The notes: generated from the letters alone by a model not told the origin. A stretch of 64,000 bases of DNA from a candidate division WOR-3 bacterium (GCA_965649265.1 CBFGKC010000005.1:32001-96000), one strand, 5' to 3'. Counted from the stretch's first letter, positions 1-11,050 are shown. Numbers and translations are program-made.

Positions 1-2048
1 CGATTGTTACGATCTACGGTTAAGCTTACCGGTATCAAAGGTGTCACGTTTTCACTTACCGCCTGGAGTGGAGGTAACGTCCCGCTGCGACCCATATGCC
101 TGATTGCCGGATCGCCGAAGATGATATGCTCGTAGGTGTTTATATACCGGCTCGTTCCGGATTCAAGGTTGTAATAATTGAGCCTGCCGGCATCGACGGC
201 ATCGCCCAACACGTAGTCGTAGGTTTCGGATTTCTTGAGGTAATTTTCCAGAACGTAACAGTAAAGACCGTTTTGGCCGCCCTGGGACGGATTGGTCCAG
301 CCTTGCCTGCCGAGCGCGGAACGCGTGTGAGCTACCACTGCTACGCTGCCGTAATTCAAGAGGGCTTGAGCAAGGCAGTTCGACTCCTCGGCATAGCCGT
401 TAAGGCACGAAAGCAGAAAAGCGACATTGGGGTTGGTTGTGTTAAGTGTAAATGCATCGCTGCTTACGAGACCGTTCGGCCAGTCGAATTCGGCGTCTTC
501 AGGCACGTTATCGCCGTCGTCCGTCGCCCAGACGCATCGCGCGAAACTGTTCTTCCAGCCGTGGTTGTTCTCGACAAAGACACCGGCGTCTGTATTCTTA
601 AGGGTGCTTTTGAGGTTGTCTTGTGTGAGGGGGACGTCCGGAGTGTAGGCCGAAGGCATTCTTCCATCTTCTTCATAGAGGGTCTTGGCGGATGCTGCTT
701 TTACTATCCCGTTATTCATGAGGTATTCCATGTAGTAAGCGGCATCAAAACCAGCTGCGCCCGAACCGTTCCAGTTCGGATACCAGAGGATCCCTCCGGC
801 AAGAACCGAAGTCTGCTTGTAAGTCGAATTGGTGCTGTTTTCGAACAACCAGGTCTTTTGTAATATCTTGGCTACGGTGCTCGGGTTGGAATTGTTGATA
901 CGTCCGACGTGAAGTTCCATGCCGAAGTCCGGGGCGTCCTGGGGGTTCGGGAAGCCGCCGGCAGAAAGCATTTCACCGTAGTAACCATCCTTGTCGGAAT
1001 CCCATGAAGCGTTATCGGCAGCCGTCAGGTCGCCGTAATAGCAATCCGAAGGCATTGGGGCAACGTCGGCGTCGGGTGTATAGCCGTTAATGTAAGGGGA
1101 AAGAATTCGCATCGGGATATCGGTAAAGTGACCGACTATTAAAAGGTAATTGCAGTCCGTGGCGTTTTCCCTCAGCCAGTTGCGTATCTTCTGGGGAACG
1201 TCGGCCCCTTCGCTTGCTGCAACAATCTCTTCCTTGGTCACTACTTCCACATCAAAACCGGTGCTTTTGCGCCAGTAGGAGTAGCGACTTGTGGAGTCCT
1301 TGAGGGCAGCCGTGGTCAGGATGAGCATTTTAGGTTTGGCAAGAAGTCTTTCTTCAGGCTTGTACCACTCCTGGACCTGAGCCTGGTTGTAAAGCCCCCG
1401 AGGTACATCGGATTCAAGGCTGCCGGCCTCGATAAGTCTTGAGATAAACTCCTGGTGTTCCTTATCTGCAGGCTGGTATGAGATGCGAATCGAAATATTT
1501 TTCGCGACTGAAAGATTGCCGCTTACAGGATCGTACGCAAAAGGATAACACGCGACTGTCACAAGGGAATACTCGCGCTGCTCGTATTTTGAGTATGTTT
1601 CACCTAAAAGATCGGAAAGAGCCTGTTTTCCCGAGTAAACCAGTTCACGGGTAACTTCATAGTCCTTGAATAACTTCTCGACGTACTCACCTGAAGCGCC
1701 GAGCGGCATATCAGGCAAGCTTGCTTCCAAAAGATACTTGCCGTCTACCGGGGAGCGTGTCCCAGTTATCTCTACGTCTTTCACGACACTACCGGGAGGC
1801 AGTACAAAGGTATATGTCGGCATTGGCAAACGTGGATAACCCGCATATGCGGTGTAACCAACTTTCTCCATTTCGATTCTGGAATAACCCTTGTCCAGGG
1901 TGGAAATTGTGAATGCGGGCGTTGTTACATTGAATACAAGGGTTCCCTCATTACTAGTAAGGGTGACACCTCTTGTCACAATCGATCCGGCGACCGTGAT
2001 TGGAAATACGGCCACAAAGAACACAATCAAGGCCACTATCTTTTTCAT
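1..2048 (-). CDS. C25 family (gingipain-like) cysteine peptidase with signal peptide and propeptide; 3' end runs off the window
   Basis: Absent from the ORF track; translated by hand from ATG 2048 (AAGGAG upstream). Signal peptide MKKIVALIVFFVAVF, propeptide-like GYPRLP, YLLIVG, SDCYYGDL, VGRI, catalytic His/Cys contexts NHG and LSCLNG, and FGDPA. Frame stays open to the window edge. Confidence 0.85.
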   Translation of the reverse strand, partial: MKKIVALIVFFVAVFPITVAGSIVTRGVTLTSNEGTLVFNVTTPAFTISTLDKGYSRIEMEKVGYTAYAGYPRLPMPTYTFVLPPGSVVKDVEITGTRSPVDGKYLLEASLPDMPLGASGEYVEKLFKDYEVTRELVYSGKQALSDLLGETYSKYEQREYSLVTVACYPFAYDPVSGNLSVAKNISIRISYQPADKEHQEFISRLIEAGSLESDVPRGLYNQAQVQEWYKPEERLLAKPKMLILTTAALKDSTSRYSYWRKSTGFDVEVVTKEEIVAASEGADVPQKIRNWLRENATDCNYLLIVGHFTDIPMRILSPYINGYTPDADVAPMPSDCYYGDLTAADNASWDSDKDGYYGEMLSAGGFPNPQDAPDFGMELHVGRINNSNPSTVAKILQKTWLFENSTNSTYKQTSVLAGGILWYPNWNGSGAAGFDAAYYMEYLMNNGIVKAASAKTLYEEDGRMPSAYTPDVPLTQDNLKSTLKNTDAGVFVENNHGWKNSFARCVWATDDGDNVPEDAEFDWPNGLVSSDAFTLNTTNPNVAFLLSCLNGYAEESNCLAQALLNYGSVAVVAHTRSALGRQGWTNPSQGGQNGLYCYVLENYLKKSETYDYVLGDAVDAGRLNYYNLESGTSRYINTYEHIIFGDPAIRHMGRSGTLPPLQAVSENVTPLIPVSLTVDRNN

Positions 2049-2138
2049 GAGCATGACTCCTTATTGTTAGCGTTCAGCGATATTCTCCTTTATAAATCGT
2101 CCAGAAATCAGGACCGTTTTCAGAAAATCACCATATGT

Positions 2139-2166
2139 ATTATAGTCCGCAAAAAACATTAATCAA
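2139..2166 (-). promoter_or_regulatory. sigma70-type promoter for the C25 gene
   Basis: TTGATT-N16-TATAAT on the minus strand. Confidence 0.6.
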
Positions 2167-2433
2167 GTCCCGGTTCAGCTATCATGGGTGATAGCATCAA
2201 TAACATTCAAACCACTTCGACGTCCGAGAACCCAGGGATATCCCTTTGTCTCGATCTCGGAAACGGCCGCACTCTCTAACTTTCAATACTGTGCGGTTTA
2301 GAACATTCAAGTTATTAAAGGGAAGACGGGGCCAGCAATAACACAGATTATCACGTTTCTTTTCTTCCCATGTTGTTCTATGTTGGAGATTTCTTGAAAC
2401 TTACAAGAACCCATTAGAAAGGGATACAACACC

Positions 2434-2461
2434 TTGACAGAGGTAAATTTGCTCCTATAAT
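2434..2461 (+). promoter_or_regulatory. sigma70-type promoter
   Basis: TTGACA-N16-TATAAT followed by GGAGGT RBS and ATG 2494. Confidence 0.8.
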
Positions 2462-2493
2462 GTGCGCCGAAAGAACATTTTCGGAGGTAGTGA

Positions 2494-2871
2494 ATGATAG
2501 AAGTTGAATGCCCGACGTGTGAAACACGTTTTATAGTCTCCGGTAAGAAGGAGGTAGGAGATAAGGTTGAATGCCCAAGTTGCGGTGAATTGCTACGTAT
2601 TACAACACTTGATCCTTTGGAAGTAGATTACTGGGATGAAGAGGAAGAGGAGGAGGAAGAAGAAGCGACTCCGGAGGAACCTATTGTTGAGGACACATCA
2701 GAGATAATTGAGGAAGAATTCACTCGAGAAGTAAATATAGAAGACGAAGAAAACGAATCCTTTGAACTACCCGAGAGAAGCCCTCTTTTTGACGATTACG
2801 ACGACGTCGAAGAAGAAGAGGAGGAGTGGGAGGAAGAAACCAATGATGAAGAGGAAGACGAGGATCGTTAA
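2494..2871 (+). CDS. LysW-like zinc-ribbon protein with long acidic tail
   Basis: CPTC...GDKVECPSCGELL..LDPLEV followed by an E/D-rich tail; lacks the C-terminal EDWGE. Confidence 0.65.
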   Translation: MIEVECPTCETRFIVSGKKEVGDKVECPSCGELLRITTLDPLEVDYWDEEEEEEEEEATPEEPIVEDTSEIIEEEFTREVNIEDEENESFELPERSPLFDDYDDVEEEEEEWEEETNDEEEDEDR

Positions 2872-2958
2872 TTAGGACCGATCCATGAAAGCATTTTCCT
2901 TGACACTTTCCGCTCTCAGGACGATGTCATTACCTGAATAATTGAGGAAGAATGCGGC

Positions 2959-2987
2959 TTGACATCTCAGAGCTAAAAGGCTAAAAT
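2959..2987 (+). promoter_or_regulatory. sigma70-type promoter, probably leaderless, for the glmM operon
   Basis: TTGACA-N17-TAAAAT ending 8 nt before ATG 2996; no SD. Confidence 0.65.
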
Positions 2988-2995
2988 AACTCTAA

Positions 2996-4312
2996 ATGGC
3001 AAAGTTTTCAGTATCAGGGCTTCGCGGAGCTGTTGGAACTGACCTTACGCCGTATGATTTCATGCGTCTTTCCAACGCTTATGCCAGCTTTACCAACCAC
3101 GTGCGCATGCTTTGTTCAAGGGATGCCCGCATTACGGGCGCCATGCTTGAGGGTGCGGCGCAAGCAGGCCTTCTTGCGGCAGGATCGGACGTTCTTTCGT
3201 GCAGCGTTGTTACCACTCCCACTTCGGTATACGGGACTAAAGTCCTCGATGTAGGCGGAGGAGTGGTTATAACCGCAAGTCATAATCCCGCAAACGAAAA
3301 CGGACTCAAGTTTCTTGAGAAAGGTCGTTTTCTTGTTCCTTCAAGGAGTGAAGAATTCGTGAAATTCTCATCCGACTTTGAATTCAAAACTTGCGAGCCT
3401 CTCAATTGCGGAGTACTTGAAAAGGGTGATGCGATAAGCGCTCATAAGAAGGCTTTGCTTGAACTCTTCGGGAAAGGAGCCTTTGAACCAAGACTTCGCG
3501 TTGGTCTTGATCCGGTAAACGGCGCAGCGGGAAGCGAGGCAAAGGAAATACTTGAGGCGCTTAATTGCGAAGTTCATGCAATCAACTATGAACCCACCGG
3601 CCGTTTTGCCAGAGGTGGTGAACCCGTTCCGGAGAATCTTGGCGAATTGTGCACGCTAGTTCACGACAAAGGACTCGACGTCGGCTTCGCGTTCGACCCT
3701 GACGGGGATAGACTCGCTTTGGTGGACGAGCTAGGCCGGGCGCCGGGAGAGGAGTACACGGTTCCACTATGCTCCAGATGGGCGCTTGAGAGGAAAAAGG
3801 CTGACCTGGCTGTGAATTTATCGACCTCAAGGATGATTGAAAGCGTCGCGAGGGAGTGGGGGGTAAAGCTTCACCGGACACCCGTGGGTGAGGCGCATGT
3901 CGTCGACAGGCTGTTGGATGTAGGGGGAACGGCGGGAGGAGAAGGCAACGGGGGTTTCATCTACCCTTCATTCAATGCCACTCGCGACGGTCTCCTTGCA
4001 ATGGCCGTCGTGATTGAACTCGTGCGCAAGAACGGACCTCTTTCAGGGTTAGTCGATTCGCTGCCCGTCTACTACATCCGCAAGGATAAGTTCAACGTGG
4101 AATGGTCTCCCCGAATGGTTGAAAAGGTTCGCTCGCTCTTACCCAAGGCGGAAGTGGATACGCGTGACGGCTTGTGGCTTGGTGACGAGGACTTCTGGCT
4201 TCACTTGAGACCCTCAAACACCGAACCGGTGGTCAGGATAGTGCTCGAGGCGAACAATAAGGAGAAAGGGAATACGATACTAACGGAGGTCAAAAAAACA
4301 TGTGCGGAATAG
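2996..4312 (+). CDS. glmM: Phosphoglucosamine mutase / phosphohexomutase
   Basis: ITASHNP phosphoserine loop, DPDGDR metal site, GEGNGG, RPSNTEP; adjacent to glmS. Confidence 0.8.
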   Translation: MAKFSVSGLRGAVGTDLTPYDFMRLSNAYASFTNHVRMLCSRDARITGAMLEGAAQAGLLAAGSDVLSCSVVTTPTSVYGTKVLDVGGGVVITASHNPANENGLKFLEKGRFLVPSRSEEFVKFSSDFEFKTCEPLNCGVLEKGDAISAHKKALLELFGKGAFEPRLRVGLDPVNGAAGSEAKEILEALNCEVHAINYEPTGRFARGGEPVPENLGELCTLVHDKGLDVGFAFDPDGDRLALVDELGRAPGEEYTVPLCSRWALERKKADLAVNLSTSRMIESVAREWGVKLHRTPVGEAHVVDRLLDVGGTAGGEGNGGFIYPSFNATRDGLLAMAVVIELVRKNGPLSGLVDSLPVYYIRKDKFNVEWSPRMVEKVRSLLPKAEVDTRDGLWLGDEDFWLHLRPSNTEPVVRIVLEANNKEKGNTILTEVKKTCAE

Positions 4313-6132
4313 TCGGATACCTGGGAAATCGCGACCTTGAATCGGTAATACTGGTCGGTCTTGAACGACTGGAATACCGAGGTTACGATTCGTGCGGGAT
4401 AGCCGCGGTTGATAATTCGAAGATCGTGATAACAAAAGTCGTCGGAAGGCTCAAGAACCTGAAGGACGCTTTGGCGAAGAACCCGATTAAAGGGTCCGTG
4501 GGTATAGGTCACACTCGCTGGGCAACTCATGGTTCGGTAACCCAGCGCAATGCCCATCCTTTTACCGACCAGGACGGCCGCTTCGCCGTTGTACACAACG
4601 GCATCATTGAGAACCATTCCGAACTCAGGACGAAACTCATAGCCGGCGGGCATCGATTCGAATCGGAAACCGATTCGGAAATAATACCACATCTTTTTGC
4701 CGACAACTATAAGGGCGACATCTTTGAGGCCATTCTCGAGACGGTCAAAGGACTCAAGGGAAGTTTTGCATGGGCTGCGGTATCAAAAGAGCACCCGGAT
4801 ACCCTTATCGGTGTCAGGGTGGGCTCCCCCCTCGTTGCCGGGATAGGTCATGACGAGTTCGCCCTGGCTTCAGATCCGTTGGCCCTCGTGGGAACGAGCC
4901 ATCACATGATTGTGCTCGAAGACAAGGAGTTCGTAATCCTCGAGCGAGGAAAGGAACCCCGCGTTTTCAACTTTGCGGGCGAGAAGATTAAAACCAAGCT
5001 TGCACCGATTGAACTGCGGCCCAAGGCCATCTCGAAGGGACGATACCGCCATTTCATGCGCAAGGAGATTTTCGAGCAGCCCGGTGTCATAGCGGAAAAC
5101 CTCAAGCGCCGATTCCGAAACGGTGACATCTCTCTCGGCTCTGGATTCAGGTTCTACCCTGACGAGATGGCGGACTTCAACAGGATACTCATCCAGGCGT
5201 GCGGCACAAGTTATCATGCAGGTCTCGTGGGCCGGTTTTATCTCGAGAAATTCACGAACATACATTCGGAAGTCGAGATTGCTTCCGAACTCATTGACCG
5301 GACACCTGTTTTCACAAAGCACGATCTTATGGTCGCAATAAGTCAATCTGGAGAAACGGCGGATACAATAGCGGCGCTGCGTGCCGCGCGGCACAATGCC
5401 GATCTAAGAATTCTTTCGATCCTTAACGTCAAGCGAACATCCCTGGACAGGGATTCAGACTCTTCTATATATATCCATGCGGGGCCTGAGATTGGAGTGG
5501 CTTCGACGAAGGCATACACGGCAGAGGTTTTTGCCCTTTTGGCATTGACTCTGGAACTCGCACGCAGACGAGGTAGCCTTAAACCCAAGGAACTAAAAGA
5601 GATAAAATCGGAACTTCAGGAACTTCCCGCAAAGATTTTGACCGTTCTTAAGCAAGATGCCCGGATTCACGAAATAGCCAAACACTTCCAGAAGCGAAAT
5701 TCCTACCTTTTTCTCGGCCGCGGTGTAAATTATCCCACGGCGCTCGAAGGCGCCTTGAAACTAAAGGAAATAAGCTACGTTCACGCAACAGGGTATCCAG
5801 CGGGCGAGATGAAACACGGTCCCATCTCCCTCATCGATTCCAAAACCCCGGTCGTTGTTGTGGCACCGAGGGATTCGACTTACGAAAAAATGAGTGCAAA
5901 TATTGAAGAGGTCTCCGCCCGCGGTGGCCAGGTGATAGCAGTCGGGACAGCAGGTGACAGCGAACTCAAGGCCAAAAGTGCCGAATTCATCCCCGTTCCC
6001 GAAGCTCCGGATTACTTGCTGCCCTTCCTGACGGTGATACCTCTGCAACTACTTGCTTACCACACGGCGGTGTTTCGCGGATGCGACGTGGATAAACCCC
6101 GCAATCTTGCCAAGAGCGTCACGGTGGAATGA
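4300..6132 (+). CDS. glmS: Glutamine--fructose-6-phosphate aminotransferase
   Basis: MCGIVG N-terminus, HTRWATHG, SQSGETAD, C-terminal PRNLAKSVTVE. Confidence 0.97.
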   Translation: MCGIVGYLGNRDLESVILVGLERLEYRGYDSCGIAAVDNSKIVITKVVGRLKNLKDALAKNPIKGSVGIGHTRWATHGSVTQRNAHPFTDQDGRFAVVHNGIIENHSELRTKLIAGGHRFESETDSEIIPHLFADNYKGDIFEAILETVKGLKGSFAWAAVSKEHPDTLIGVRVGSPLVAGIGHDEFALASDPLALVGTSHHMIVLEDKEFVILERGKEPRVFNFAGEKIKTKLAPIELRPKAISKGRYRHFMRKEIFEQPGVIAENLKRRFRNGDISLGSGFRFYPDEMADFNRILIQACGTSYHAGLVGRFYLEKFTNIHSEVEIASELIDRTPVFTKHDLMVAISQSGETADTIAALRAARHNADLRILSILNVKRTSLDRDSDSSIYIHAGPEIGVASTKAYTAEVFALLALTLELARRRGSLKPKELKEIKSELQELPAKILTVLKQDARIHEIAKHFQKRNSYLFLGRGVNYPTALEGALKLKEISYVHATGYPAGEMKHGPISLIDSKTPVVVVAPRDSTYEKMSANIEEVSARGGQVIAVGTAGDSELKAKSAEFIPVPEAPDYLLPFLTVIPLQLLAYHTAVFRGCDVDKPRNLAKSVTVE

Positions 6133-6222
6133 GAGAGAAGGGATGAGGCGTACCGGATTAGGATTTTTAACCCAAACAACCAAAACCGTTCTCAGGATGA
6201 GAGAAGGGTTAAGGAGGTCTTG

Positions 6223-7305
6223 ATGGCCAAAGCTCAAGGAAAGCACGAAAACTCGGAGAAAGACGATCGCAAGCGGGCGCTCGACACAGCAATAGGACAG
6301 GTAGAGAAACAGTTCGGCAAGGGTTCGGTGATGCGCCTTGGCGAAAGGCCAGCCGGTGCAGGAATTAAGGTAATACCTACGGGCTCGCTGTCACTGGATG
6401 TGGCACTTGGAGTCGGCGGTTTCCCACGCGGAAGATTAATCGAGATATTCGGCCCCGAGGCTTCGGGTAAGACAACCCTTACTCTGCAGGCGGTGGCCAA
6501 CGCGCAAAAGCTGGGCGGCCAGGCGGCGTTCATCGATACCGAGCACGCGCTCGACCCGATTTATGCCCAGGCCTTGGGTGTAAATATTGACGACCTTCTC
6601 ATCTCCCAGCCCGACACGGGCGAGCAGGCGCTAGAGATAGCCGAGATCCTAACTCGTTCCGGAGGCATTGATATTTTCGTACTTGACTCGGTGGCCGCTC
6701 TCGCACCACGCGCGGAGATAGAGGGTGAGATGGGCGACTCGCACGTAGGTCTGCAGGCGCGCCTCATGTCCCAGGCGCTCCGGAAATTGACGGCGGTAGT
6801 CTCACATTCCAACACTTGCGCAATCTTTACTAATCAGCTGCGCATGAAGATAGGAGTCATGTGGGGAAATCCCGAGACTACACCAGGTGGCCTCGCACTT
6901 AAGTTCCACTCCTCCGTTAGACTTGATATAAGACGCATTGCCTCGATCAAGAAGGGGGAGGAGGTCATCGGCAGCCGTACACGCGTCAAGGTCGTCAAGA
7001 ACAAGCTTGCACCTCCCTTCAGGCAAGCGGAGTTCGACATTCTATACGGCAAGGGTGTCAACTACCTCGGTGAGCTTGTTGATCTGGGAGTCGATCTCGG
7101 GCTCGTTCAAAAGTCAGGTACGTGGTTCTCCCTGGCCGACGAAAGAATGGGCCAGGGCCGCGACGCAGCCATCGCTTTCCTCGACGAGAATACAACTTCA
7201 AGAGAAAAACTCGACTCAGACGTCAGGAAAAAAATATTTTCTGGAGCAAAGGTAGGCGTTTCCAAATCGGAACCAGACGATGCCGGTGCTGAATCCGAGG
7301 AGTAA
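6223..7305 (+). CDS. recA: Recombinase RecA
   Basis: GPEASGKTT Walker [23 protein letters not shown]; AAGGAGG RBS. Confidence 0.98.
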   Translation: MAKAQGKHENSEKDDRKRALDTAIGQVEKQFGKGSVMRLGERPAGAGIKVIPTGSLSLDVALGVGGFPRGRLIEIFGPEASGKTTLTLQAVANAQKLGGQAAFIDTEHALDPIYAQALGVNIDDLLISQPDTGEQALEIAEILTRSGGIDIFVLDSVAALAPRAEIEGEMGDSHVGLQARLMSQALRKLTAVVSHSNTCAIFTNQLRMKIGVMWGNPETTPGGLALKFHSSVRLDIRRIASIKKGEEVIGSRTRVKVVKNKLAPPFRQAEFDILYGKGVNYLGELVDLGVDLGLVQKSGTWFSLADERMGQGRDAAIAFLDENTTSREKLDSDVRKKIFSGAKVGVSKSEPDDAGAESEE

Positions 7306-7314
7306 TCCGCTTTA

Positions 7315-7776
7315 ATGAAACTTCAGAGTCCAGAGGAGCAGGTGCGCCAGGCGTCCCTCAGGCTTTTAAAGTACCGCGACCGCAGCACGAGTGAGATGCG
7401 TGAAAGGCTCCGCAAGAAGGGCTTCGATCGTTCGTTAATCGAGACTGAACTAGAATGGCTTCTGGCACAGCGCTTGCTTGACGACGAGAAGTTCACAGGA
7501 GTCTGGATACGTCACAAGCTCGCCATATCCCATAAAGGCAAGAGACTGATAGCCGCTGAGCTGGGTGCTAAGGGGATAAGCCCCGATCTTTTCAGAAAGG
7601 TATGGGCAGAATATCTTGAGGAAGAACAGCGCTCGGCTTTGGAGTGGACGCGCGCGCACGCTTCGGGATATAACCTTCTTGAATTATACGAGAGGCGCGG
7701 CAGGATAAGAGACGGACTCTACAGAAGAGGATACTCGGAGGATGCGATTGAGATTGCACTGAAGGAGATCGGATGA
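7315..7776 (+). CDS. recX: Regulatory protein RecX
   Basis: Directly after recA; LL..R.RS..E...RL..KG, LDD..F, L.RRGY motifs. Confidence 0.88.
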   Translation: MKLQSPEEQVRQASLRLLKYRDRSTSEMRERLRKKGFDRSLIETELEWLLAQRLLDDEKFTGVWIRHKLAISHKGKRLIAAELGAKGISPDLFRKVWAEYLEEEQRSALEWTRAHASGYNLLELYERRGRIRDGLYRRGYSEDAIEIALKEIG

Positions 7777-10358
7777 ATTCAAAAGAACTCAGGCAGGCTT
7801 ACTTGAACTACTTTATTGAACGCGGGCACACGCTCGTCCCGTCGGCACCGCTCGTTCCCAAAAAGGACCCCACAATCCTTTTCAACGTCGCGGGAATGGT
7901 GCAGTTCAAACCCCTGTGGGGAGGTCTTATTGATCCTCTCCCCTATACCAGGGCGACTTCTGTCCAGAAATGCCTGAGGCTCAACGATCTTGACGTAGTT
8001 GGCACCGACGCGACCCATGATACCTTTTTCGAGATGCTCGGCAACTTCTCTTTCGGCGATTATCAGAAGAAAGAAGCAATAAGCTTTGCGTGGGAGTTCG
8101 TGACCTGGTTCATGAAGCTGCCTTTGGAGCGGCTTTGGGTGACTGTGCACGAAACGGATGAGGAGGCTGCAGAGATATGGCGAGACGAGATAGGTATTCC
8201 AAAACACCGTGTGGTCTACCTCGGGGATGCCGACAACTTCTGGGGACCGGTGGGAGGCCGAGGCGCGTGTGGGCCTTCGAGCGAGATATTCTGGGATCTC
8301 AAGTGGAAGAAGGGGGATGAAGGCAGAGGTCCTGCGCACAACGAAGACGAACGGTACACGGAGATTTGGAATCTCGTGTTCCCGCAGTTCGACCAGCAAG
8401 AGGACGGCTCACGCCCCTTCCTGAAATACAGAGGCATCGACACCGGAGCCGGACTCGAGCGCATGACCATGGCCGCGCAGGATGTTGAAACGATATTTCA
8501 CACCGATCTTTTCAAGCCCCTGATGCAGGCGGCGGCGAATACAATAGGCATGACTATCTCCAAGGAGACGTGGGAACCCCTGGCAATAACGGCCGACCAC
8601 GTCCGCGCGATCACAAACGTCATAAGCGAAGGAGTGAGACCGTCAAACACCAAACAAGGTTACGTAGTCAGACGCTTACTGCGGCGCGCGCTCGGGGCAC
8701 TTTATCCCTTCGGCATCGAGGAGCCCCTACTGTACAAGATTTCAGGGCAGGTGATTGAACAGATGCGTCATGTATACCCCGAACTCGAGGAACGCAGAGA
8801 GCAGGTGGCGCTCATGATTAAAGGAGAGGAGGAGCGCTTCCTAAGGACGCTCGAATCGGGCATGAGGTTGTTCGAGGATGCCGCGCACGCCGGCACTATC
8901 GCAGGTCAGGATGCGTTCAAGCTCTACGATACGTTCGGGTTTCCGATAGATCTTACGAAACTACTCGCCAAGCACAAAAAAATAGAGGTCGACCTCGAAG
9001 GCTTCGAACAGGCAATGGAAGGGCAGAGGGAGAAATCGAGAAATGCGTTAGATGTTACATCTGATTTCAAAGAGAAGTGGGTAGGAGATGCCATTGATGT
9101 CGAATTCGTGGGATATGAGGATATTGATATCGAAACCATCATAACATCTCTCGCCTACGACGAAAAGATGGGTGAAGTAAAACTTGCACTTGTGGAGTCG
9201 CCGTTTTATGCCGAAGCAGGCGGGCAGGTAGGGGATACGGGCAGAATTGTCGGAGAGGATTTTGAGATTGAGGTGTTGAAGACGGACTACAATCAGGCCG
9301 GCACAAGAGTCAGTCACGGCAGGTTCCTTAGGGGCGGATTTTCAAAGGAAATCGCTGGAAAGGATGTTCGCGCCTTCGTCGATATCGCACGGCGCAGGGA
9401 GATAGAGCGCGCGCACACCGCGACGCATCTGCTTCACGCGGCTCTGCGCAAGACGCTGGGTGACCACGTCAAGCAGGAAGGTTCTCTCGTCGAGCCTGGA
9501 AGGCTGCGTTTCGACTTCTACCACCCCTCGCCGATGACGCAGGACGAACTGACGGAAGTCGAACGAGCGGTCTACAATTGGGTAATTGAGAATCACGACT
9601 CGACAATCAATGAGATGTCCATCGACGAGGCTCAGGCAAAAGGCGCGCTCGCATTCTTCGGAGAAAAGTACGGAGATAAGGTCCGAGTCGTAGAGATTCC
9701 TGGCATCTCGACGGAGCTTTGCGGTGGAACGCATCTGGAAAGAACCGGCGATATAGGCATGTTTCTCATCAGTTCGGAGTCAGGCGTCGCGGCAGGCATC
9801 CGCAGGATTGAGGCGCTGGTCGGGAACCGCGCATTCGCTGAGATTGAACACGAGCGTGAGACACTCGCAGAGATTTCATCAGCACTAGGTACCGACAAGG
9901 AAAAACTCCTGAAGAAACTCGAGGAGCTAAAACAGAATCTGGCACACGAAACAAAAGCAAGAGAGGCTATTGCCCGGAAATATGCGGAGGGTCTCGTCTC
10001 GGAAATTCTGGGCAGCGCGAACAAATTTGATGAGACGGATTTTGTCTGTGCCAGGGTCGAAGGTGTATCGAGGGACGATCTGCGACTCATCGCGGACTCG
10101 TTGAAATCAAAACGCGAAAACATTGCAGGCCTTCTTGCTTCACCCGACAACTCAAGAATGACAATTCTCTGCTTTTCGTCCAAGTCCTCTTCCCGTAAAT
10201 ACCCCGCGGGCGAAATACTAAAGGCCGTTGCGCCGCGCTTCAAGGGAGGGGGAGGGGGCTCTCCTACGCTCGCCGAAGGAAGTATTGCCGAAACTTCACT
10301 TGAGGATTTGACGTCTGCCTTTATGGATATTGTAAAAAAAGGAAGAGAGGAACTATGA
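7773..10358 (+). CDS. alaS: Alanine--tRNA ligase
   Basis: AGMVQFKP, FFEMLGNFSFGDY, HTATHLLH, ELCGGTH editing motif, GGGG in C-Ala domain. Confidence 0.98.
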   Translation: MNSKELRQAYLNYFIERGHTLVPSAPLVPKKDPTILFNVAGMVQFKPLWGGLIDPLPYTRATSVQKCLRLNDLDVVGTDATHDTFFEMLGNFSFGDYQKKEAISFAWEFVTWFMKLPLERLWVTVHETDEEAAEIWRDEIGIPKHRVVYLGDADNFWGPVGGRGACGPSSEIFWDLKWKKGDEGRGPAHNEDERYTEIWNLVFPQFDQQEDGSRPFLKYRGIDTGAGLERMTMAAQDVETIFHTDLFKPLMQAAANTIGMTISKETWEPLAITADHVRAITNVISEGVRPSNTKQGYVVRRLLRRALGALYPFGIEEPLLYKISGQVIEQMRHVYPELEERREQVALMIKGEEERFLRTLESGMRLFEDAAHAGTIAGQDAFKLYDTFGFPIDLTKLLAKHKKIEVDLEGFEQAMEGQREKSRNALDVTSDFKEKWVGDAIDVEFVGYEDIDIETIITSLAYDEKMGEVKLALVESPFYAEAGGQVGDTGRIVGEDFEIEVLKTDYNQAGTRVSHGRFLRGGFSKEIAGKDVRAFVDIARRREIERAHTATHLLHAALRKTLGDHVKQEGSLVEPGRLRFDFYHPSPMTQDELTEVERAVYNWVIENHDSTINEMSIDEAQAKGALAFFGEKYGDKVRVVEIPGISTELCGGTHLERTGDIGMFLISSESGVAAGIRRIEALVGNRAFAEIEHERETLAEISSALGTDKEKLLKKLEELKQNLAHETKAREAIARKYAEGLVSEILGSANKFDETDFVCARVEGVSRDDLRLIADSLKSKRENIAGLLASPDNSRMTILCFSSKSSSRKYPAGEILKAVAPRFKGGGGGSPTLAEGSIAETSLEDLTSAFMDIVKKGREEL

Positions 10359-11050
10359 ATCTATTTTTTTCAGCCATGTTGCTTTTCAACGCAGGATTCA
10401 GTGACCCGCATATTGCTGACGGGGAAAGACTCATTTACAAGGGATACGATGACGGGAACAAGACATCGAGGGAAATAGTACACATTGTCTACGACAAGGG
10501 TGATTACTACTATTCAACTCACGAACATCTGGATACCACTAAAATAATTGTAAAGTGCAAGGTGCGCAAGTCTGATTTTTCTACAATGCAGGTGATAAAG
10601 GATCGCTCGGGCCGTTTTCAGCTCAGCATAGAGCCCTGTTCGGGAGGCATTTTCGTCAAAGATGGATTCAAGGCAAAGGAGAACAGGATAAACCACTCGG
10701 GAGTTTTTTACGACCGCCATACCCTGCTTGACGTCTTTAGGGCATTCCCGTTTGAAAATCCTCAAAGAATAGAGTTCCCTTTCTTTGAATCTAACGTTGG
10801 AAAGGTCATAACAGGCACTTGCGTATACGACGGTATCGAAACGATAAAAACCGATATCGGTGAATTCAAATGTTACAAACTGACTCTTGGATTCAAGAGC
10901 CAGCTCATCGAGACGGTTTACAAGGTAGCGGTTGCGGGCCGCAGCTTCGATTTTTACTACGAGGTTGCCGAACCACACCGCATGATTTACTGGACTGACA
11001 ACAAAGGAAGTTATTTGAAACTGATCAGAGACGAAAGCGTGGTAAAATGA
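10355..11050 (+). CDS. Secreted hypothetical protein (DUF3108-like)
   Basis: Short hydrophobic N-terminus; ETIKTDIGEFKCYKL motif; ATGA overlaps on both sides. Confidence 0.5.
   Translation: MNLFFSAMLLFNAGFSDPHIADGERLIYKGYDDGNKTSREIVHIVYDKGDYYYSTHEHLDTTKIIVKCKVRKSDFSTMQVIKDRSGRFQLSIEPCSGGIFVKDGFKAKENRINHSGVFYDRHTLLDVFRAFPFENPQRIEFPFFESNVGKVITGTCVYDGIETIKTDIGEFKCYKLTLGFKSQLIETVYKVAVAGRSFDFYYEVAEPHRMIYWTDNKGSYLKLIRDESVVK

Noticed and set aside
96-863. 255-aa plus-strand ORF
   Set aside because: Antisense shadow of the C25 peptidase, which has the signal peptide, RBS, promoter and catalytic motifs.
6133-6219. Possible LexA box and GAGAGAAGGG direct repeat upstream of recA
   Set aside because: No match to SOS boxes I know; a 10-bp purine repeat in two copies is too weak.
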